64,000 nt of DNA, from contig CAVCXB010000003.1 in the NCBI GenBank assembly GCA_963605535.1, forward strand, positions 19,797-83,796, read 5' to 3'. This stretch comes from Wujia chipingensis (GTDB lineage Bacteria; Bacillota; Clostridia; Lachnospirales; Lachnospiraceae). Numbering within the stretch: position 1 is the stretch's first letter; the number at the start of each line of letters is the position of its first letter. Below are positions 27,052 through 34,613 of this stretch, in pieces. Both the position numbers and the translations under genes were made by a program. The notes below the pieces were generated by a model. The model ran no database searches. It was not told the DNA's origin and saw only the letters and a list, made by a program, of their open reading frames with translations.

Positions 27052-28179
27052 CTACTTACTGCTCTTATGACGGTTACAGTCTTTACACAGCATCTGAAGA
27101 TTGTCATACGTAGTATGACCGCCTTCGCACCATGGCTTGATATGATCCCCCTCCATCTCGGAATACTCATAGTGCTTGCCGCATATTGGACAATAGCCCC
27201 CCTGTTCCAAATACTTCTTCTGCTTCATCGCATCTGTGAACTGACGGATGTTCAGGACGGATTCTTTCGTGCCTCTGCTCAATACGTACTCGATGATTCC
27301 GACATTACGTACATCATCGTCGAGAATCAATTTTGCAATCTCAGATTCCAATTCGTCTGGGTTGTATTCCTCATCCTTATACGTATTGTATAGGATTCCC
27401 CACGCCTGTGCATCCGTGATTCCTTTTCTGTACGTAGGGAAGAGGCTCTGTGCCCATCGCATCACATCTTTATAATAGTTCCACAACTCATCAACGGACG
27501 TATCATTCTGATGCTTAGACATATAATCTTCAATCTTCTTCAGTCCTTCATCATTCGCCTTCCACTGATACACCTGCTCGAGAATCTCCTGACGGATTGG
27601 ATTGCCTCGTACGTATTTCTCGAATCCACCTTTTTTTGCTGGGCACCCGTTTTTGCTGAAGCGATCTCTGCACATAGTAACCCATTCACCTGAATACACT
27701 GCATTGAGGATCTCCTGGTCGGTGAGTTTCTCCCCGGTGAGATTGATTGTACGGAACCAATTCAGCCTATCCTCCGCTGCCCCTCTGCATTCGAAGACCA
27801 TCAGCTCATATTTGCGAATTGCATCTGCTGTCTCCGGATATGCCGTAAGCATGTTGCTGAATGTGCATGGCGATCCGTTATATGTGATTGCATACTGATT
27901 GTCTACGTACTGGCAGATGCTGATGGTTCTCTGCTGTCCGTCGATGAGATCCCATACCTCGGCATCATTCGACTTTCCCCAATACATGTTGCCGATTGGG
28001 TATCCTTTGATTACGGACTGGACAACTGCCTCTCTCTTCTTGTTGTCGTAGACAAACTCCCTCTGGTACGCTGGACGAACGTTCAGCTTGCCATTGTATG
28101 CGACAACTCCGCCGAAGATGGTGTCTCTGAAGCCCCTGCTCAACTGATCGACTGTTACGTACTTCTTTTGAATCTTCAT
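27052..28179 (-). CDS. DUF262 (GmrS-like) + HNH endonuclease
   Basis: YQRE, LIDGQQR, FRTIN..G.KL; CPIC...GDHIKPW..GG.T..NLQMLC..CN; start 28179. Confidence 0.9.
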   Translation of the reverse strand: MKIQKKYVTVDQLSRGFRDTIFGGVVAYNGKLNVRPAYQREFVYDNKKREAVVQSVIKGYPIGNMYWGKSNDAEVWDLIDGQQRTISICQYVDNQYAITYNGSPCTFSNMLTAYPETADAIRKYELMVFECRGAAEDRLNWFRTINLTGEKLTDQEILNAVYSGEWVTMCRDRFSKNGCPAKKGGFEKYVRGNPIRQEILEQVYQWKANDEGLKKIEDYMSKHQNDTSVDELWNYYKDVMRWAQSLFPTYRKGITDAQAWGILYNTYKDEEYNPDELESEIAKLILDDDVRNVGIIEYVLSRGTKESVLNIRQFTDAMKQKKYLEQGGYCPICGKHYEYSEMEGDHIKPWCEGGHTTYDNLQMLCKDCNRHKSSK

Positions 28180-28180
28180 T

Positions 28181-29113
28181 TTACTTTTCCTCCTTGATGA
28201 TTCTACGAATAAAGATGCGGGCGTATGTTGCCTTGCCATTGATGTTTGTCTTGAAATCATCATCAGCTGAAGACTTTGTACCACAATAGATCTTTCTGAT
28301 GATGTCGTCTTTATCCCAACCTTGACTTCCTAATATCTCAAACTCCTCAGGGTTATATTTGGTTAAGAACGTAACCGGCACACCCATGACTCCGAAATAG
28401 TCTTCAGGAATGTCAGACACCTTATCGACATTGATGGCATCATAATTGTCATACTTCTTATACAGTTCAGGACTGTCCTTGACCGTACGTGTGAAGATGA
28501 ACTTCTCACGCTGTGTTTCAACCGGCAAAGTGGTGAACCAATTGATGTTTCCAAACTTCTTTGATGTGCCATCAGGCAACTTGAATTCCTTCACAGGATT
28601 ATATCCAATACGTATTACATTACGCTTAATCAATGGGAAAATCTCTTTGTAGGTGACAGCATTATAATTCCCGATGATCAAGAAATCTTTCTTGTGCTCC
28701 AATAACGTTGTTACGTAGGATCTGAACAGACTGAATGGTGGATTGGTTACGACGATGTCTGCTCTATCCAACAGTCTCAGGCATTCTTCGATTGCGTAAT
28801 CTCCGTTTCCCTTTAACGAGTACATCCTTCCCATCCCACAGTCGATGTCATTTTCACCGCGATAGTTCAGTACGTACGATGAACCATTTGGTTCATAGTG
28901 TGTGCTGACGAGTTCCTTCAGTCCAAAGGTGTTGAAGTAGATGTGGAAGTACTTCCAGAAGTTCGACCATTTCGGATCATCGCAGTTGCAGAAGATCGTC
29001 TTCCCTTTGAAGTACGTACGATAATTCCAGCACTCTTCTTGGATATCTTCCAGTCTCGTATAGAACTCATCATTCTTCTCTACCTTGGCTTTGTTCATGT
29101 TCTTGTTGCTCAT
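28181..29113 (-). CDS. EcoRI-family adenine-specific DNA methyltransferase
   Basis: KNDEFYT, FCNCDDP, VVTNPPFSLFR, YDNYDAINV, MGVPVTFL. Confidence 0.9.
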   Translation of the reverse strand: MSNKNMNKAKVEKNDEFYTRLEDIQEECWNYRTYFKGKTIFCNCDDPKWSNFWKYFHIYFNTFGLKELVSTHYEPNGSSYVLNYRGENDIDCGMGRMYSLKGNGDYAIEECLRLLDRADIVVTNPPFSLFRSYVTTLLEHKKDFLIIGNYNAVTYKEIFPLIKRNVIRIGYNPVKEFKLPDGTSKKFGNINWFTTLPVETQREKFIFTRTVKDSPELYKKYDNYDAINVDKVSDIPEDYFGVMGVPVTFLTKYNPEEFEILGSQGWDKDDIIRKIYCGTKSSADDDFKTNINGKATYARIFIRRIIKEEK

Positions 29114-29143
29114 GATACGTGTTGCTCCTTTCCTCCTCGTGCG

Positions 29144-29401
29144 TTAGCCGAGGATATGCCTCTTCATCTTAGCCTGTCTGATGATCTTGTGTCCCTCGAT
29201 GGTGAATGCGATTGTGTAGCAGGTGATATTCTCATCATCGTCATGGGCGACTGATTTCGAATCGATCTTATCTCCTAGACGGACATCCTTCTCGAAGAGG
29301 CCACGGACATAGTCCGTGGCCTCTTCATACGTATCGAACACTTCGACCTCAGGGTCGAGTCTGTTGTCCGAATGGACAACACTGTAGACTTTGCTTGTCA
29401 T
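29144..29401 (-). CDS. hypothetical protein
   Basis: GGAGG SD, ATGA coupling. Confidence 0.7.
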   Translation of the reverse strand: MTSKVYSVVHSDNRLDPEVEVFDTYEEATDYVRGLFEKDVRLGDKIDSKSVAHDDDENITCYTIAFTIEGHKIIRQAKMKRHILG

Positions 29402-30222
29402 CTGGATACCAAATCCTCCTTGTTTTCTTCGACATACTTCACGGCTTCTTCAATGGATACGTACTGAAGACGATCCTTCAGTCCTGTTCCTGACGCTGGA
29501 TACTTCTCACGGATATACTCCGCTGGATTTTTAATGTAATTATGGATACATTTGAACAGATAGAGTTGCCACTCATCTGCGGTAAGTCGCTTATAGTTGA
29601 AGCCCAGCAGGTGTTCTCTATTCTTGTTTATCACTCCTCCAGCATCATCATCTTCAACGGTATCGGCATCAAACACTTCATACGTATGCGGATTCCAGAA
29701 TCCATACGTACACCCTTTGATGAACTCCAGGGGATTATCATCTGACGAATGGTCAACGGCATCGACATTGCAGGGTTCCCTATCCCAACTGATGTTCGTC
29801 ACGTAATAATCTGTGCAGTCACCGTTTGTGTAGTAATACTGGAAATCCTCAGCATAGTATCCATACGTATTGGATAGCCAGTCCGCGATTCCTTGATCGG
29901 TGTCGACATCACTGGGGATGGCACTGACTGGAATCTCGACCTCACTCGGAAGATCCGCATCATCGTATACGAACAGCTCGGTGAACTCTTTGTCATTGAT
30001 GTAATCTTGCAGTGCGTACTGCGCATCGAGGATTTGCCCCTCCGTTGGATTCTTTACGTAGTCGGACACGACAATCTCTGCATAGGCTTTGTCGATGTCC
30101 TCGAAGAGTTTCTTGGCTTCCGCCCACTCCTCTTTGGTGAACACGCCAGTCTCGACGAGAATGTCGTGACTGTACGTACTCAGCCTGTGATTCAACTCCT
30201 GTAGTAATTTTTTGGTTAGCAT
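29398..30222 (-). CDS. hypothetical protein
   Basis: AAAGGAGGT SD. Confidence 0.8.
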   Translation of the reverse strand: MLTKKLLQELNHRLSTYSHDILVETGVFTKEEWAEAKKLFEDIDKAYAEIVVSDYVKNPTEGQILDAQYALQDYINDKEFTELFVYDDADLPSEVEIPVSAIPSDVDTDQGIADWLSNTYGYYAEDFQYYYTNGDCTDYYVTNISWDREPCNVDAVDHSSDDNPLEFIKGCTYGFWNPHTYEVFDADTVEDDDAGGVINKNREHLLGFNYKRLTADEWQLYLFKCIHNYIKNPAEYIREKYPASGTGLKDRLQYVSIEEAVKYVEENKEDLVSR

Positions 30223-30761
30223 CTGTCTTTACCTCCTTTTTCAAAGAAATGCTTCTTCCACTTCGTCAGCTCTTCTTCTGTACGTATCTTCTCGAAGTCT
30301 TCCAGATAAATCCCATCCGATCCTATCAATGTACCCTCCTTATACACTGCGAACTCGAATTGACCGTCTTCATACAGCCATATGTGCGCGTCATATGGAT
30401 GATCGCTGAGGCCATATATGAATATGGCTTGGCTACGTGTCATCTGAGGTACGAGACCTTCTACGACAATATTGCCATCGGAACAGAATCCGTGCTGTTC
30501 GAGCATCTCTCCTGCCAATCCATCTTCATTCATATCAGTCCATTCCTCTATACGTATGCGCCCATTCTCATTGAAGAGAATCATTCCACGGGTGTTGCCT
30601 TTGCACTGCAACGAATACGTACAGCCAGCATAGTCGATATCAATGATATTTCTGCCATACCAGATGTTGTCTCTCTGCTTGCCCGTCAGGATCCTTTTGT
30701 CATAGACCGTGACTTTCGCGAAGCGTCTAATCGCTTCAACTGCTTCCATCATTGCTGTCAT
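30216..30761 (-). CDS. hypothetical protein
   Basis: operon packing. Confidence 0.7.
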   Translation of the reverse strand: MTAMMEAVEAIRRFAKVTVYDKRILTGKQRDNIWYGRNIIDIDYAGCTYSLQCKGNTRGMILFNENGRIRIEEWTDMNEDGLAGEMLEQHGFCSDGNIVVEGLVPQMTRSQAIFIYGLSDHPYDAHIWLYEDGQFEFAVYKEGTLIGSDGIYLEDFEKIRTEEELTKWKKHFFEKGGKDRC

Positions 30762-30779
30762 TGTGTCATTCTCCTTTCA

Positions 30780-31460
30780 TTACCACATCTTATCTCCGAA
30801 CGCCGTTATCACAGCGATCTTATCATTGACAGTTGATTTGTATTCTGCATTCCCTGGTGAAGGAATTCCGCTTAGGATATCTGGAACATCCATCGTCGGA
30901 TCAATCTCACTGTGTAAGTAATCCGCCATTCGGTTCAGTTCATCATCTGTTCCTCCGAAGAAGACTTGCTTATACGTATTTGTTCCTTCTTTATAGATCT
31001 CAACGACAAATCGAGCCGTCGGGAACCACACATCACTGGTATCTGTATTGTAATAGACTCCAATCAACGGATTATACGCCAGTGCGTACATCTTAAGCAG
31101 AGGATATTGATCTTCCAGAAGGGTTTGTATCGGGTTATACGCCGTACAATACGTAGCCACCGTTGTTATCTTTACATACGGCAGGACAACGTTTCCTTTA
31201 ACATCCCTTTCAAGCAGTTCAATTCTTTTGACGAGAGTTCCACAGCACGCATCATAGATGCATTTATTGACCAAATCCATCTTCGTATACCCTAATACAA
31301 AAAAGAAATCCTCCAAGGTATAATTGATTCCTGCAAGATGTCTGCTACGTATTGCGTCTAACGGGCTCTCACCATCGAACCCTGCGGTTATATTATTGTA
31401 TAACTCCAACAACGAACATGTATCTCCTGTTATTACATACGTAATATTCATTACTGACAT
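30780..31460 (-). CDS. divergent YubB ferredoxin-like protein
   Basis: TYVITG...ITT....YPLLKMYALAYNPLIGVYYNTD pattern; start 31460 after AAAGGAG. Confidence 0.55.
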   Translation of the reverse strand: MSVMNITYVITGDTCSLLELYNNITAGFDGESPLDAIRSRHLAGINYTLEDFFFVLGYTKMDLVNKCIYDACCGTLVKRIELLERDVKGNVVLPYVKITTVATYCTAYNPIQTLLEDQYPLLKMYALAYNPLIGVYYNTDTSDVWFPTARFVVEIYKEGTNTYKQVFFGGTDDELNRMADYLHSEIDPTMDVPDILSGIPSPGNAEYKSTVNDKIAVITAFGDKMW

Positions 31461-31537
31461 GTCTGATTTCTCCTTTTCTATTTTATATTTACTGCCGTCT
31501 GGCGGTGCGGGCAATCACCCGCGCCCCATTCGGCATT

Positions 31538-31906
31538 CTACGTATGAGCACTGATGACGATGATCCAATCCTCATCATCAATCTCTTTTGGCTCTACGTA
31601 CCGACAATCATCTGCACATCTTGTTACGAGTGCATACTTCCCTTGGAAGAGTGTTGGACCTGACTCAGAGATATGCTCTCTGCAGTCATACCCATTCCAC
31701 TTATTGTTGATCTCTTTGACATCTACGTACCGACCAGAGATCGCCTTGCCATGACATCCGTCATCCCAACAGCGATAATAATAATCGCACACACCGAACA
31801 CACCATCCCACGTGAACATCTCACGGTTGGCTTCGATGAAGTCTTGACACTCCTCGATTGTCTGGAACTCATCATGGCGCATCACAACCAATCCCAACTC
31901 AGTCAT
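31538..31906 (-). CDS. hypothetical protein
   Basis: AAAGGAGG SD. Confidence 0.75.
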   Translation of the reverse strand: MTELGLVVMRHDEFQTIEECQDFIEANREMFTWDGVFGVCDYYYRCWDDGCHGKAISGRYVDVKEINNKWNGYDCREHISESGPTLFQGKYALVTRCADDCRYVEPKEIDDEDWIIVISAHT

Positions 31907-31944
31907 TATTGTTTTCCTCCTTTATAATTCCTTACGTCGCCACA

Positions 31945-32025
31945 GATACAGAAACAGCCCCAACACTATCCATGCTAGGGCTGTCTCCGCAAAGGAAATA
32001 AAATGTCAAAAGTCAATCGCTTGAC
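31945..32025 (-). ncRNA. candidate small RNA D or regulatory leader (anti-RBS seed)
   Basis: promoter at 32032-32060; seed GACATTTTATTTCCTTT; 12-bp G.U-containing stem ACAGCCCTAGCA/TGTTGGGGCTGT then TTCTGT. Confidence 0.45.
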
Positions 32026-32031
32026 AATGAT

Positions 32032-32060
32032 ATTCTACTACCTCACAATCTAAATGTCAA
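32032..32060 (-). promoter_or_regulatory. sigmaA-type promoter
   Basis: TTGACA-17 nt-TAGAAT. Confidence 0.8.
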
Positions 32061-32644
32061 CAGATATCTTCGTCGTATGGCAGAATTCTGCAGTCATAGC
32101 AGTCTGCGTTGAAGGTGTGGTCAGTCTTCGACTCTACGTAGAAGAGTCTATCCTCACTGCGCATCGTCTCTAACCCATAATTCCACTGAGCGTTAAGCGT
32201 ATCCACCTTCGTCAGAATGAACTTCGCACACACTGCTGAGATGAGTTGGTACGTATCAAGAATTCCGCGCGTGATCCGAAGTGTATCATTGCCCTTTGAT
32301 ATAAGGGTGCACGTATTTGTCTCAGTCAGGACAGCGTGACCCTTGATACGTAATGCCTCAGCCAAATCCCGATCATCCGTACCGATAATGTTCGCCTCAT
32401 TCAGCAACTGAAGATCACCTTCGAACTCCATCAGAATCGGAGGATTCACCATTCTTCTCAATGGCGTGGGGTAATCCTTATCTATGATGCACGTATACGT
32501 ATGAGTCCTATCATACTCGTCGGCTTCATCGATATACTGCTTCTCGACCTTGCGCTTCTCATTAAGCGCCTTTATCATCTCTTCATAGTCCCAACCGCAC
32601 TGAATGTACAGTGCCATGACAATTTGTTTAGCCGTGTTGACCAT
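32057..32644 (-). CDS. truncated/divergent DprA(Smf)-like protein
   Basis: IIDKDYPTPLRRMVNPPILMEFEGDLQLLN matches DprA D..YP..L....PP..L...G...L; core AIVG.R and SG.A.GID motifs not seen. Confidence 0.6.
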   Translation of the reverse strand: MVNTAKQIVMALYIQCGWDYEEMIKALNEKRKVEKQYIDEADEYDRTHTYTCIIDKDYPTPLRRMVNPPILMEFEGDLQLLNEANIIGTDDRDLAEALRIKGHAVLTETNTCTLISKGNDTLRITRGILDTYQLISAVCAKFILTKVDTLNAQWNYGLETMRSEDRLFYVESKTDHTFNADCYDCRILPYDEDIC

Positions 32645-32684
32645 TTCTTTTTTTCCTTTCTATACGTACTGATGCTGGCGGACG

Positions 32685-33305
32685 TCAGTCCCCAGCCTCA
32701 GTACCATCCAACACTTCATACGTATCGACTTCGGGATTCACTGCACAGCCACCCCACGTGCCATGGAGCTGTCCCTCATCATCAACAGATTCGACAATAC
32801 CCTCCTTTCCATCATACTGAGATTCACCCTCCATATGGATGATACGTATCTTCGTCGGGAAGTCATCGATATCCATCGTTGGCTCAGGATACATCAGTCT
32901 CGACGTATACGTAACACCGTCATCACCCTTCTTATACTCAATCATCTCTTCAATCCCCACACCCGGTTCTGTCGAATGGATGATGAGTTTGATGACACCA
33001 CAATCCTTGCAGAGCTCCTTCAGTGAAAGATGCTGTTCGGTATACGTATACCCCAACACCTTCGACTTCTCGAACGTAGGATAGATGAGATTGCGAATTG
33101 TCCATTTGCATTCGATGTTGAATTTGTAGTACGTATTCATCGCATTCGTATCATAATCCACCATCTCATCGAAGTAGCAATCCAACGTTGTTGGAGTCTT
33201 CCTTGCGTTGAAGTACTCATCACTTCCCGGAAAAGCCTCCATGAACTTCGTGAAGTTCTCTGTCGGCATCACGACCGCAACGGTCGTTAAAGTCAAATTA
33301 GCCAT
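32685..33305 (-). CDS. YubB-like N-terminus fused to DUF4314-like C-terminus
   Basis: MANL...ECKW...STEPGVG; C-terminal GIVESVDDEGQLHGTWG. Confidence 0.65.
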   Translation of the reverse strand: MANLTLTTVAVVMPTENFTKFMEAFPGSDEYFNARKTPTTLDCYFDEMVDYDTNAMNTYYKFNIECKWTIRNLIYPTFEKSKVLGYTYTEQHLSLKELCKDCGVIKLIIHSTEPGVGIEEMIEYKKGDDGVTYTSRLMYPEPTMDIDDFPTKIRIIHMEGESQYDGKEGIVESVDDEGQLHGTWGGCAVNPEVDTYEVLDGTEAGD

Positions 33306-33319
33306 AATCTCTTTCCTCC

Positions 33320-33601
33320 TTACGCTAATTCTTTACGTATATCGTCCCAACTGAACGGCTTCATCCCAAACCAATCCTCGGATTTAGCATAATCGTCTGC
33401 ATTCCACAGGGCAAAACCCTTTCCATTATTGTATTCGAGCATCATTGGATACGTATTGCACACATCCTTGAGGGGTTTATACGCATTGATTCCGATTTTA
33501 CCCAACATATTCACGAACTGAGAGAATTCGATGATGTTTTGGATAATAATTGTATTGCATCCACTGAGGAATGTCACTACTTTCGAGTCATAAGTTACCA
33601 T
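33320..33601 (-). CDS. hypothetical protein
   Basis: AAAGGA SD. Confidence 0.7.
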   Translation of the reverse strand: MVTYDSKVVTFLSGCNTIIIQNIIEFSQFVNMLGKIGINAYKPLKDVCNTYPMMLEYNNGKGFALWNADDYAKSEDWFGMKPFSWDDIRKELA

Positions 33602-34061
33602 TTTCTTTTTCCTTTCTTTGTTTCTTGTTATGCTTCTGATTCACCTGACGGACCAACTCTGCCTTGGCGTACGTATGAGTCTCCTCATTGATGATGCGCT
33701 TGATCTGATATGCGGATCCGCCATCGTGGTTATACGTACTGACGCAGAGCTCATCATTATCTTCATAGACATCGACATCATCCTGATTGTGGATTGCCTT
33801 CAGGATCGCATCCTTGACATCATCGAAGTGATATTGGTCTGCAATCTGATACTCTCCATTCCATCTACGTACTGTACCGAGAAGGGCGACAGGATAGTCA
33901 TAATCCTTGAGGAAGTCCATGAGATCATTCCAACCATTCTCTACGTATTCATCAACGTCTTCCCTATCAGGCTCACGATCGATACAGGCACGGATCTCAT
34001 CCTTCATCTGCTTCAGCTCTTCTTCGGTATACAGACCGAATGTCTTGAACAAAGTGATCAT
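33588..34061 (-). CDS. hypothetical protein
   Basis: start MITLFK after AGGAGG. Confidence 0.75.
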   Translation of the reverse strand: MITLFKTFGLYTEEELKQMKDEIRACIDREPDREDVDEYVENGWNDLMDFLKDYDYPVALLGTVRRWNGEYQIADQYHFDDVKDAILKAIHNQDDVDVYEDNDELCVSTYNHDGGSAYQIKRIINEETHTYAKAELVRQVNQKHNKKQRKEKENGNL

Positions 34062-34083
34062 TGTGTTTCCTCCTTCCACTTTA

Positions 34084-34539
34084 TCAGTCATGGTTGTTCC
34101 ACATATCATCAAGATACGTATACCAACCAACGCCATCCCTATCATCGGCATTCTCATTCCACCAAACATTGAATGCCGAGTTGATTGCGTCGATAAACGC
34201 TTCATACTTCTCATCGGTAAGACCCATCTTCTTCTTGAATTCATCCTTCGTATACGCACGGATTGGCGTTGCATCGATGTCATTCAAGGTAATCTCGGTA
34301 ACCGTGAGGCAATCCCTATTCCCTGAGAAATCGTAGCAATCCTCTTCGGCATTCGGGCTCATGGATGAGTACGATAATTCAAGGGCGAGTCTATCGTTGA
34401 TGTCGAAATGGATGGCAATTTCGTAGTCAGGCCAATCAACATTGACCTCCTCGAAAAAGAAGGTGCCATTGCTGATGGCACCATCGATAAATTCGTATTC
34501 GGTAACTTTACCGTCAAATTCAAGTCTAAGATTGTTCAT
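34084..34539 (-). CDS. acidic hypothetical protein
   Basis: AAAGGA SD. Confidence 0.75.
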   Translation of the reverse strand: MNNLRLEFDGKVTEYEFIDGAISNGTFFFEEVNVDWPDYEIAIHFDINDRLALELSYSSMSPNAEEDCYDFSGNRDCLTVTEITLNDIDATPIRAYTKDEFKKKMGLTDEKYEAFIDAINSAFNVWWNENADDRDGVGWYTYLDDMWNNHD

Positions 34540-34613
34540 TTAATTTTTCCTTTCATTTTTATGAACTATACGTATCGGATTGAGCAGTTTACCCACTTAC
34601 TCAGGTGCAGGCA

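Larger units (their letters stand above)
16651..34574. repeat. dispersed highly iterated palindrome TACGTA (extended TACGTACWG)
   Basis: about 105 copies counted by eye in 18 kb. Confidence 0.9.
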
